DNA of 64,000 nt, from positions 1,120,001 to 1,184,000 of the forward strand of contig OZ220480.1 of the NCBI GenBank assembly GCA_965116025.1, given 5' to 3'. Each line of letters opens with the position of its first letter. Position 1 is the first letter of the stretch. A program made the translations under genes and the position numbers. The DNA is from an uncultured candidatus Porisulfidus sp. (GTDB lineage Bacteria; Pseudomonadota; Gammaproteobacteria; Poriferisulfidales; Poriferisulfidaceae). The notes beneath the pieces were generated by a model. The model searched no databases. It saw nothing but the letters and a program-made list of their open reading frames with translations, and was not told where the DNA came from. This document shows, one piece after another, positions 9,737 through 18,452 of the stretch.

Positions 9737-10320
9737 TTCTCGGTCCGCTCGCGCAAGGGGCTGGTGCGGGGGAAGTGGGCGCGCAGGAATTCCATCTGGT
9801 CCGCCAGCACCCGGCGGCCCTGCAGATAGATGTACTCGGCGTGGGTCGGCACGAAAGGAATCGCGAGCAGATGCATTCCGGCCTCCTCCGGAGTCCGGCC
9901 CGCTTTCTGGTTGTTGCAGCGCTTGCAGGCGGTCACCACGTTGTTCCACTCATCCGCGCCGCCCAGACTCAGGGGGTGGACGTGGTCGCGGGAAAGCTCC
10001 CGGCGCTCGAACGAGCCTCCGCAGTACAGGCACAGCCAAGCGTCGCGCTTGAACAGGGTTGGGTTGTTCAGCGGCGGCGTGTAGGTCTCCCGCAACGTAT
10101 GGTTGTTGCCATAGGTCGCGATGATGGAGTTGAGGGTGAGGATGGTGCGCCGTCCAGTGATGGCGTTATGCCCTCCTCGCGCGCGCAGAATGTCTTGGCC
10201 GCTAACATAGGCGACCTGTCCCGCGTAATGCAGGCGTACCGCCTCCTGGTAGCCGATCCACTCCAGAGGCATTCCAGAGATATCGGTGCGGAGGATTTGC
10301 TGCGTCAACACGTCCAACAT
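9733..10320 (-). CDS. HNH endonuclease
   Basis: RDAWLCLYCG, DHVHPLSLGG, NVVTACKRCNNQK. Confidence 0.9.
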   Translation of the reverse strand: MLDVLTQQILRTDISGMPLEWIGYQEAVRLHYAGQVAYVSGQDILRARGGHNAITGRRTILTLNSIIATYGNNHTLRETYTPPLNNPTLFKRDAWLCLYCGGSFERRELSRDHVHPLSLGGADEWNNVVTACKRCNNQKAGRTPEEAGMHLLAIPFVPTHAEYIYLQGRRVLADQMEFLRAHFPRTSPLRERTEK

Positions 10321-10340
10321 GACTGCGCTCGCTCCATTTT

Positions 10341-10379
10341 CGCGCCTCACTTTATACCGATTCGCCCGACTTTACAACT
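10341..10379 (-). repeat. 39-bp imperfect direct repeat, copy 1 (sigma70-like promoter)
   Basis: Matches 11693-11731 at 34 of 39 positions. Minus strand reads TTGTAA-N17-TAAAGT. Confidence 0.7.
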
Positions 10380-10409
10380 CGGAATCAACGAGAGAGTCGG
10401 GCTCCGAAC

Positions 10410-11564
10410 TCACGATAGCGCGATTTCAACCTCGCGGGCGTACTCTTGGAACGCATCGCCATACAGCCCGGTCAGGTCATAAGCTTCCTTGAAGCTGACG
10501 CGTCCCTCCTGGGCCGCTCGGGTCAGGTGAGAAGCGAACAGCCGACCAACACGATTATCCTGATTGTCGCGGAAGCTCCCACTTTGCCGTTCCGTTCGCT
10601 TTCGGCATTCTCTTCGCGTATAGCCGTGGTGGAAACGAAAAAAATCGTCACGCCCCATCAAGTCAAGATCCATCGCTCTTCGTCCAATCGCGACGGGGCT
10701 GACTTTGAAGCGCTCGGCCAGCTTTTCCAGAGACGTTGCATCGTTGGCGACCGAGCGCCAAGCGGCGCGCATCTCGGTGGAAGGGATGAGGAGTTCGGCT
10801 GCCGCATGATCGCAAAATCGCTCTATCTCTCCGTCGCCGGGCTGCAACCCTTGGAAGCCGGACAGGCCTTCACCCATATCGCCCAGCCACAAATGCGCGA
10901 ATTCGCGCGCGAGGGTAAACATTTGGGTGGATTTCGCGTCAGCCCCATTGATGAAAATCAATGGAGCATGGGGATCACTCAGGGCGAAGCCGCGAAATTC
11001 GTTCACATTCAGCTTGCGATAGTCGTCATTTCCGACGATGCCGTTGATAATCGCCATGACGCCAAGTCGCTCAATGGCTTCACGTAGTTCGCTCACGGCG
11101 ACGGTCCGGGTTCGCGCCAGCTTTGCCCAGCCATCAACTAGCCCAAGCGCTCGCTGCATTTCCTGACCGATAGATGCCGGGTTGTCCGAAAGCGAAGCGG
11201 TTCCGACGAAACCAACCGGTTCCGCGTCGGTTTCCATTCGCTCTTCCCGTAGCCATGCCTGCCGGCGCCGCATGAGGTGGACGGTATCCATCAGCTCCGG
11301 GCTTATGCTTGGAGGACGTTGACGTTTGATCGCGCGGAAGTCCGCGAGTGGAAAACGGATTACCGGTGGTTCTGGCAGGAAAAGAAATCCGTACGGCACC
11401 CGCATCGCTTTGGCGAAAGCTTGCAACTGTTTCATCGTGGGCTGGATGGATGCGCTTTCCCAGTCAGCCAACTTCGGGAACTTGTTTCTCAGGTCCGCCA
11501 ATTCGAATCCGGCGCGTTCCCGGGCCCAGCTAAGAACTTCTGGGCTGACCGCTACCCGGGTCAT
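10410..11564 (-). CDS. XRE HTH plus ImmA/IrrE-family metallopeptidase-like protein with degenerate active site
   Basis: LSWARERAG HTH, EFRGFAL, IFINGAD. FTLAREFAH stands where FTLAHELAH is expected. Confidence 0.85.
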   Translation of the reverse strand: MTRVAVSPEVLSWARERAGFELADLRNKFPKLADWESASIQPTMKQLQAFAKAMRVPYGFLFLPEPPVIRFPLADFRAIKRQRPPSISPELMDTVHLMRRRQAWLREERMETDAEPVGFVGTASLSDNPASIGQEMQRALGLVDGWAKLARTRTVAVSELREAIERLGVMAIINGIVGNDDYRKLNVNEFRGFALSDPHAPLIFINGADAKSTQMFTLAREFAHLWLGDMGEGLSGFQGLQPGDGEIERFCDHAAAELLIPSTEMRAAWRSVANDATSLEKLAERFKVSPVAIGRRAMDLDLMGRDDFFRFHHGYTRRECRKRTERQSGSFRDNQDNRVGRLFASHLTRAAQEGRVSFKEAYDLTGLYGDAFQEYAREVEIALS

Positions 11565-11692
11565 GTTGGAACTGCAGGCTTCTTGATTTCGCGCGTTGTT
11601 CCGGGACGCTACCGGGCCAACGACGCGCGCTTTTCAGGAATCATGCTTTCTTTGGAAGATATTCGTTCCAGTGGAGTTCCAGAGGAATCTTC

Positions 11693-11731
11693 CGCGCCTC
11701 ACTTTATACTGATTCGCATGGCTTCACAACT
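11693..11731 (-). repeat. 39-bp imperfect direct repeat, copy 2
   Basis: cgcgcctcactttatactgattcgcatggcttcacaact; compare 10341-10379. Confidence 0.7.
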
Positions 11732-11993
11732 TGGGCGCGACGGTCGACCGGGAGAATTACGGAGATGGCGATGGTGGGGGAGGGTGGCATGGTTCGGTTC
11801 GCGCGGAATCTCACTCCACGCTGAGGTTCATGGATATTCGACGGTTATCAACAATTCGTCATGCGAAGCCAGCCATTCGCATTCAACGAAGCGAGTGCGC
11901 CGGGATAATGGCGGAGAATAAACGCGAACGTTATGAAAGCTATTCACTTTTTCGGATCGTTACGGAGAGGGGAGGGAGTTCTTGGAAACGCCC

Positions 11994-12047
11994 TTATCCA
12001 AAGCTTATCCCTCTCGCTTCCCCTGGTTATCCCCAGAGTTGTCCACA
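11994..12047 (+). promoter_or_regulatory. Cluster of DnaA-box-like 9-mers upstream of priA
   Basis: TTATCCAAA (11994), TTATCCCTC (12005), TTATCCCCA (12027), TTGTCCACA (12039), each 1-2 mismatches from TTATCCACA. Confidence 0.5.
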
Positions 12048-12071
12048 TCCCGAATTTCTTCGCGTGATCCC

Positions 12072-14237
12072 GTGACCGAGCTCTGTCTGCACGTGGGCGT
12101 GGACGCCCCGATTCGCCATGGCTACGATTACCTGCCGCCGGCGCGCGGGCCCATGCCGCCGCCAGGCGCGCGGGTGCGAGTGCCTTTCGGTCCCCGCAAG
12201 CAGGTTGGCGTGGTCTTGGAGCTTCGTCCCCGGCCCTCTGGCGGGCCGGAACTCAAGCGGGTTAGCGGGGTGCTGGACGAGATTCCGGTGATCGATTCGG
12301 ACGTTCTGCGGTTGCTGATCTGGGCGGCGCGGTACTACCAGCACCCGATCGGGCAGGTCGTTCACGCGGCCTTGCCGAGACGCATGCGGAGGGGTGAGGA
12401 AGCTGAGCTTTCCGGGACGACCATATGGCGCTTGACGGCGGCTGGCCGGGAGGAAGACCCCGATGCCCATCGGCGCGCGCCGGTTCGGCGGACTCTTCTG
12501 CAGGCGTTTCAGAACCATAAGGAGGGTTTGGACCTGCGGCAACTACGAGATTTGTGCCGCGATCCCTCAGCGCCGCTCAAGGCTCTGGTCGGGCAGGGCT
12601 TGGTGGAAGCCGACTTTCGGTTGCCACCTCTTCCCGTTCCCGTCGTGCCCGAGGATGTGACGCACAACTCGCACCAGCGCGAGGTTGTGGAGGAGTTGCG
12701 AGAGAGGCTGGACTCGTTCCGTTGCACTTTGCTGCACGGCGTGACCGGCAGTGGCAAGACCGAGGTCTATCGGGCCGTGATCCGCTCAGTTCTGGATCGT
12801 GGCGGACAGGTTCTGGTGATCGTCCCGGAGATCGGTCTCGCGCCCCAGTTGCGCGATCGGCTGGCGCGAGACGCTCGAACCCGAATCGCGGTGTATCACT
12901 CCGAGCGCACGGAGCGCGAGCAATACTTGACTTGGCTTCTCGCGCGAAGCGGCAAGGCGGACATCGTGGTGGGCGCCCGCTCGGCGGTGTTCTTGCCGTT
13001 TCGGGACCTGCGGCTGATCGTGGTCGACGAGGAGCACGACCCTTCCTTCAAGCAGCAAGAAGGCTTTCGCTACCATGCCCGGGATGTCGCGGTCTATCGA
13101 GCGCATCACGCTGGAATTCCAATCATTTTGGGCACGGCGACTCCGTCGATTGAGACTTGGCGCAACGTGCGCGCGAAAAAATACCGGCGCCTGCGCTTGC
13201 CGACGCGCGCGGGCGCCTCGATCTTGCCGAACACGGAGCTGATCGACCTCAATCGCTACCTGGCGGAAGATGGGCTTTCGGAACCGCTTTTGGCAGCCTT
13301 GCGCGAGACGCTGGACCACGGAGACCAGGCTTTACTGTTCCTGAACCGGAGAGGCTTCGCCCCGGTGCTGTATTCGCCGCGGACGAAGGAGCCGATGGCG
13401 TGCCCGGACTGCCAGGTCAGCTTGACGTACCACCAGCCGCGTCAACTGCTTGTTTGCCATTATTGCGGCTTCCGTCAGTCCGCTGAGCGGGAGCTTGAGG
13501 GAGGGGCGGTTCCACTGGGCGCGGGGACGCAACGAATCGAGGAGCGCTTGCGCGCGGAGTTCCCGGATTGTCCGGTATTGCGCCTGGACCGGGACCGGAT
13601 CCGGGGCCGCGGGGAATTGGAGCGCAGCATAGAGAAAACCCGTCGGGGCGATTATCGGATCGTGGTCGGTACGCAGATGTTGTGCAAGGGGCACGATTTT
13701 CCCGAAGTCACGCTGGTCGGGGTCATCAATATTGATTCCCAACTGTTCAGCCCTCGCTTGAGAGCGCCGGAGCGAATGGCGCAGATGCTGGTCCAGGTAT
13801 CAGGCCGCGCCGGGCGCCGGGTCAAGCCGGGCAGAGTGCTGCTTCAGACCTGCTTGCCAAAGCATCCGGTGCTGCGACAGTTGTTGAGCGAGAGTTACGA
13901 GAGCTGGCTGGAACGCTTGTCAGACCGTCGGCGCGAGCTTGGCCTTCCGCCGTACAGTCATTGGGCGGTCTTGCGGGCCCAGCATAAGGATTACCGGCAA
14001 GCGGAGACTTTTCTGTTGGACGCGCGGAATCGGATGAGTGAGGCTGAAGGCGTTTCCGCGCGCGGGCCCGCTCCGGCCATGATGCCGAAGCTCGCGGGGG
14101 TCTGGCGCGCCCAGTTGCTACTGCAGGCGGTTTCCCGAAAAGCGTTGGAGCGTTGCCTGGATAACTGGCTCCAAGGCCTGGGGAAAAAGGGGCGGGTGAG
14201 CTGGACGCTGGACGTGGATCCGCTGGATATCGCGTGA
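12072..14237 (+). CDS. priA: Primosomal protein N' (replication restart helicase)
   Basis: [37 protein letters not shown]-terminal LDVDP. GTG start assumed at 12072. Confidence 0.95.
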   Translation: MTELCLHVGVDAPIRHGYDYLPPARGPMPPPGARVRVPFGPRKQVGVVLELRPRPSGGPELKRVSGVLDEIPVIDSDVLRLLIWAARYYQHPIGQVVHAALPRRMRRGEEAELSGTTIWRLTAAGREEDPDAHRRAPVRRTLLQAFQNHKEGLDLRQLRDLCRDPSAPLKALVGQGLVEADFRLPPLPVPVVPEDVTHNSHQREVVEELRERLDSFRCTLLHGVTGSGKTEVYRAVIRSVLDRGGQVLVIVPEIGLAPQLRDRLARDARTRIAVYHSERTEREQYLTWLLARSGKADIVVGARSAVFLPFRDLRLIVVDEEHDPSFKQQEGFRYHARDVAVYRAHHAGIPIILGTATPSIETWRNVRAKKYRRLRLPTRAGASILPNTELIDLNRYLAEDGLSEPLLAALRETLDHGDQALLFLNRRGFAPVLYSPRTKEPMACPDCQVSLTYHQPRQLLVCHYCGFRQSAERELEGGAVPLGAGTQRIEERLRAEFPDCPVLRLDRDRIRGRGELERSIEKTRRGDYRIVVGTQMLCKGHDFPEVTLVGVINIDSQLFSPRLRAPERMAQMLVQVSGRAGRRVKPGRVLLQTCLPKHPVLRQLLSESYESWLERLSDRRRELGLPPYSHWAVLRAQHKDYRQAETFLLDARNRMSEAEGVSARGPAPAMMPKLAGVWRAQLLLQAVSRKALERCLDNWLQGLGKKGRVSWTLDVDPLDIA

Positions 14238-14348
14238 TCTGGTCGCGATCTATATCGGGCGGGGCCGGGCCGATCTCCGCTCCGTTTTTGAAAGGCGCGC
14301 GGAATGATGCCGATGATTTGGGCTTCAGGCTCGCGGGCGGTCGTCAGG

Positions 14349-15386
14349 TCAGTGAGCGGTGAACTCGATCATTCTTCGGGTTGAGCGCAAGGCGCGAAGA
14401 CGGATGTCCTCGTCGACGTGAATCTCGCCGCTTCCAGTCTCTAGGGCCTGGATGACCCTATTGAGGTCGTTCATGGCCATCCAGGGGCAATGCGCGCAAC
14501 TTTTGCAAGTGGCGCCCTCGCCACCGGTTGGGGCCTCGATGAACGTTCGGTCCGGTGCGGCCTGCCGCATCTTGTGAAATATCTGGCGGTCGGTCGCGAC
14601 GATGAAGGTCGGGTGGGGAAGCTCTTGGCAAGCTTGGATCAGGGCGGTCGTGGAGCCGACCACGTCGGCCATATCGATGACTTCCTCAGGAGATTCCGGG
14701 TGCACTAGCACGGCCGCCTCCGGATGCTCGGCGACCAGCTCGCCGAGCATCCGGGACTTGAATTCGTCGTGCACCACGCAGTGACCTTGCCATAGCGCCA
14801 TGTCGGCCCCGGTCACGCGTCGCAGGTAATGGCCGAGGTGACGATCTGGAGCCCACAGGATTTTCTCTCCCTGATCCATCAGGTGCGAGATGATTCGCGC
14901 CGCGCAGCTTGAGGTCACCACCCAGTCGGCGCGCGCCTTGACGGCCGCGGACGTGTTGGCGTACACCACGACGGTCCGGTCCGGGTGCTCGTCGCAGAAC
15001 GTGGAGAACGGCTCGACCGGACAGCCGAGATCCAGCGAGCATTCCGCGTCCAGCGAGGGCATCAGGACGCGTTTCTCTGGATTCAGGATTTTCGCGGTCT
15101 CACCCATGAAACGGACTCCGGCCACGACCAGAGTCCGCGCCGGCTGGGTCGTGCCAAAACGGGCCATTTCCAAAGAATCGGCGACCCGCCCGCCGCTGAG
15201 GTCCGCTAGCTCCTGCAGATCCGGGTGGGTGTAGTAGTGGGCCACCAGCGTCGCGTCCTCCCGGTCCAGAAGCTCGCGCGCCCGATCCATCAATCGCGCC
15301 CGTCCCTCCGGGCCATAGCCGCCCAGTCCCTCCTCGATGACCCGAGTTTCGGGGTAGTCGAAAGTGACCGCGAGTGCTCCCGCCAT
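14349..15386 (-). CDS. nadA: Quinolinate synthase A
   Basis: [46 protein letters not shown]. Confidence 0.95.
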   Translation of the reverse strand: MAGALAVTFDYPETRVIEEGLGGYGPEGRARLMDRARELLDREDATLVAHYYTHPDLQELADLSGGRVADSLEMARFGTTQPARTLVVAGVRFMGETAKILNPEKRVLMPSLDAECSLDLGCPVEPFSTFCDEHPDRTVVVYANTSAAVKARADWVVTSSCAARIISHLMDQGEKILWAPDRHLGHYLRRVTGADMALWQGHCVVHDEFKSRMLGELVAEHPEAAVLVHPESPEEVIDMADVVGSTTALIQACQELPHPTFIVATDRQIFHKMRQAAPDRTFIEAPTGGEGATCKSCAHCPWMAMNDLNRVIQALETGSGEIHVDEDIRLRALRSTRRMIEFTAH

Positions 15387-15405
15387 CGCTATGGGCCTCG
15401 CCGCC

Positions 15406-15564
15406 TCATGGCCGGAAGATCGAGACGACGCTGAGCGCGATGCCGGCCGCTACCAGCGCCAGTCCCGTCCAGATCGCCCATCCCGCTCCAGACGTTACGC
15501 TACCGAGCAGCAACACCAGGAATCCGACCACGCCGAGCGTGATGGAGAGTTTTACGTCATTCAT
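15406..15564 (-). CDS. Small two-TM membrane protein, unknown function
   Basis: [21 protein letters not shown]...[23 protein letters not shown] has two hydrophobic helices; directly upstream of nadA. Confidence 0.55.
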   Translation of the reverse strand: MNDVKLSITLGVVGFLVLLLGSVTSGAGWAIWTGLALVAAGIALSVVSIFRP

Positions 15565-15956
15565 ATCGAAAACAATCGCCCTTTCCGCTTCCATTATAAA
15601 ACTCGCCTCGCGCCCATTCGGTCTTTCAGGCGACGCGGTGATGTCGCTGGGAACGGAGGAGCGCGGCGAACGCCCGCGATGCCTATCACGCCTCCCGGGA
15701 CGTTCGCTTTATTCCAGCCTCGGGCCTCGAATTCTCGCGGGCGAAGAGCGATTTCTTCCAGTGGAATGTCACTTTCTCTCCGTTCGCTTGGTGAGGCCGC
15801 CGATGTCTGGATAACGGGGGGAAATCCTCGGCCCGGGAGATTTCTGGGCGTGGTTGAGTGGCTGGCGTTTCGCGAGGGAAAACGCTACCGGTCTCGCGAC
15901 CCGGCTGGACACCGGGAGGTTTGACGTGGCATCACTATAGTTTATATTTAAGCCGT

Positions 15957-15989
15957 AAATCTTAATAGCGGGGCGTGCTATTCAGATTT
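15957..15989. promoter_or_regulatory. Inverted repeat (operator candidate) upstream of the Fic gene
   Basis: AAATCTTAATAGC-N7-GCTATTCAGATTT (1 mismatch), downstream of TTGACG (15921) and TATATT (15943). Confidence 0.55.
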
Positions 15990-16010
15990 TGATAACAGGG
16001 CATCCATACA

Positions 16011-17186
16011 ATGCGACGAGGCGAAACGGGCAGATACGAGGTTACGGCGGCCCACGGCGAGACCGTCCGGGCGTTCGTGCCCTTCAAATTGCCACCGGAT
16101 CCCTCCTTGCGCCTGTCGGCCCTGCAAGATCCTTTGGAGAAAGCGTTGCTCGCGCTGGGTCGCTTGGATAGTCTTTCGACCTTGCCCTTGCTTCCTGACC
16201 CTCATCTGTTCCTTTACCGATACATCAGAAAAGAGGCGGTTCTGTCGTCGCAAATCGAGGGCACGCAATCGTCGCTGTCGGATCTTCTGCTGTTCGAAAT
16301 GGATGAGGCGCCCGGCGTTCCTCTCGATGACGTGGTCGAAGTCTCTAACTACGTGATAGCTCTGGAGCATGGGTTGCGGAGGCTTCGGGATGGCTTTCCG
16401 CTCTGCAACCGCCTGATCCGTGAGGTGCATGCCAAACTGCTGAGCCGGGGTCGTGGTGGCGACAAGAAGCCAGGCGAGTTTCGGAGATCCCAGAATTGGA
16501 TTGGCGGCTCTCGTCCGGGAATCGCGAATTTCGTTCCGCCACCGGCCAGCGCGGTGTCCGACTGCATGTCCGATCTGGAAAAATTCTTCCACAGGCCGGA
16601 TTCTGGACTGCCCGCGCTCCTGCGGGCGGGGCTCGTTCACGCGCAATTCGAGACCATACATCCCTTCCTTGATGGCAATGGCCGGGTCGGTCGCTTGCTG
16701 ATCACGTTGATGCTATGTCACGACCGCGCGTTGCGGGAACCGTTGCTGTATCTGAGTCTCTACTTCAAGAGATATCGAAGCGATTACTACGAGTTGCTCA
16801 GCGAGGTGCGGAAGACAGGGGACTGGGAGGCGTGGCTCGCGTTCTTTCTCGATGGCGTGGCGAATACTTCCGAAGAGGCGGTTTCTACCGCGCGACGGCT
16901 TCAGTCGTTGTTCCAGAAGGACCGAGATCGAATCCAGAAGAAAGGCCGCGTGGCGGGATCGGCGTTACGCGTCCACCAAGCTCTGCAGGAGCGTCCGATC
17001 ATATCGCTTCCCAAGCTAGTCGATCATGCTGATCTTTCCTTTCCAGCGGCTTCCAGCGGCATGAGGATTCTCGAGGAGATGAACGTCGCGCGGGAATTGA
17101 CTGGACGGAAGCGAAACCGCCTGTTCGGTTATGACCGCTACCTTGCCATTCTCAACGAGGAAACCGAGCCATTAGGATCGACCTGA
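16011..17186 (+). CDS. Fic family protein (AMPylase) with N-terminal inhibitory motif and C-terminal HTH
   Basis: HPFLDGNGRVGR Fic motif; SSQIEGT inhibitory motif. Confidence 0.92.
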   Translation: MRRGETGRYEVTAAHGETVRAFVPFKLPPDPSLRLSALQDPLEKALLALGRLDSLSTLPLLPDPHLFLYRYIRKEAVLSSQIEGTQSSLSDLLLFEMDEAPGVPLDDVVEVSNYVIALEHGLRRLRDGFPLCNRLIREVHAKLLSRGRGGDKKPGEFRRSQNWIGGSRPGIANFVPPPASAVSDCMSDLEKFFHRPDSGLPALLRAGLVHAQFETIHPFLDGNGRVGRLLITLMLCHDRALREPLLYLSLYFKRYRSDYYELLSEVRKTGDWEAWLAFFLDGVANTSEEAVSTARRLQSLFQKDRDRIQKKGRVAGSALRVHQALQERPIISLPKLVDHADLSFPAASSGMRILEEMNVARELTGRKRNRLFGYDRYLAILNEETEPLGST

Positions 17187-17364
17187 TTTCCGGGGATGCC
17201 ATGGGAGCGACCCGCCACGCCGCGGGTCGAACGGAGATCGACAGGATCCGCTCGGGATCGTGGTGGACCGGCGCTAATTTCCAGAAGCGCGCGAGCCATG
17301 CGAAGGAGGAAGCGTGGCGCGTGCCGCGGTGCCCTTCGCTTCTCGAGTGGCGTTTCTCGTTCCG

Positions 17365-17670
17365 TCAGGTCTTGAATTCTCGTGGACGCTGGGCACGGCC
17401 TTCCAGCAGACCCTCCACCCGCGCCATCCTTTGGCCAAGGGCCGCGATATCTCGGCTCGTCTCCTTGCGGTGGTCGGCCATATCCTCTCGGAGGCTGGCG
17501 ATATCCCGGCTCGTCTCCCTACGGTGGTCGGCCATGTCCTTGTGAAGTTCGGTCATATCCTTCCGGAGCTCGGTCATGTCCCGGTGAAGTTTGCCGGAGT
17601 CCCGATGCAGGCTCCAAAGAAATGCCAGAATGGCGGCTGTGGTGCCCAGTTGAATCGCGGTCTCGATCAT
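17365..17670 (-). CDS. Small membrane-anchored coiled-coil protein, copy 1 (101 aa)
   Basis: MIETAIQLGTTAAILAFLW, 7- and 11-aa repeats, RMARVEGLLEG; AAGGA RBS. Confidence 0.75.
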   Translation of the reverse strand: MIETAIQLGTTAAILAFLWSLHRDSGKLHRDMTELRKDMTELHKDMADHRRETSRDIASLREDMADHRKETSRDIAALGQRMARVEGLLEGRAQRPREFKT

Positions 17671-18285
17671 GATTTCGTTCCTTAGAGTTCTTGGCCGGAC
17701 CGTCTTAAATTCCAACCGTCGGTTAGTTCGGAATGCCCACTTGATGAACTCCGCTTGCCGAAGGCGTGTGGCGACACTCTAGCCGAACATATCCGGCATC
17801 GCCATGCGCGCCTGAACGCGCGCGTGGCCCGTCAATCTTGAAGCTCTGGAGGTTGGTGCGCGGCGATGCCTTCCAGCAGACCCTCCACCCGCGCCATCCG
17901 CTGGCCGAGGGCGGCGATATCCTGACTCGTTTCCTTGCGATGATCAGCGATATCCCGGCTCGTCTCCTTGCGGTGGTCGGCCATGTCCTCTCGGAGGCTG
18001 GCGATATCCCGGCTCGTCTCCCTACGGTGGTCGGCCATGTCCTTGTGAAGCTCGGTCATATCCTTCCGGAGCTCGGTCATGTCCCGGTGAAGCTTGCCGG
18101 AGTCCCGATGCAGGCTCCAAAGAAATGCCAGAATGGCGGCTGTGGTGCCCAGTTGAATCGCGGTCTCGATCATGATTTCGTTCCTTAAGAGTTCTTGGCC
18201 GGACCGTCTTAAATTCCAACCGTCGGTTAGTTCGGAATGCCCTCTTGATCAACTCCGTTTGTCGAGGGCATGTGGCGACAGTCTA
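17398..18285. repeat. Tandem duplication of a ~0.4-kb block (gene plus ~110-nt upstream leader)
   Basis: 17398-17782 aligns by eye with 17868-18285. Confidence 0.9.
17832..18173 (-). CDS. Small membrane-anchored coiled-coil protein, copy 2 (113 aa)
   Basis: Near-identical to copy 1, with one extra 11-aa unit and a different C-terminal tail. Confidence 0.75.
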   Translation of the reverse strand: MIETAIQLGTTAAILAFLWSLHRDSGKLHRDMTELRKDMTELHKDMADHRRETSRDIASLREDMADHRKETSRDIADHRKETSQDIAALGQRMARVEGLLEGIAAHQPPELQD

Positions 18286-18452
18286 ACATGGCCCGGACCA
18301 AGCCAGACGCCCGGATCGAATCTTGGCCTGAATTGAAGGGTGGCGCGGGGATCGGCTCCCGATCTTCCGCGAGATATTTTCGCTGACGATACTTGAAAAG
18401 TCTTGGCGGAAGCCGCAATTTAAGCGCTGTCGAAGCATTTTGGTGAGTTTTC

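Noticed and set aside
11580-12060. Possible oriC
   Set aside because: DnaA-like boxes are imperfect, there is no clear AT-rich unwinding element, and no dnaA or gidA context.
17398-18285. Short periodic repeats that might be a CRISPR array for the Cas6
   Set aside because: Units are in-frame 21- and 33-nt coding repeats without unique spacers.
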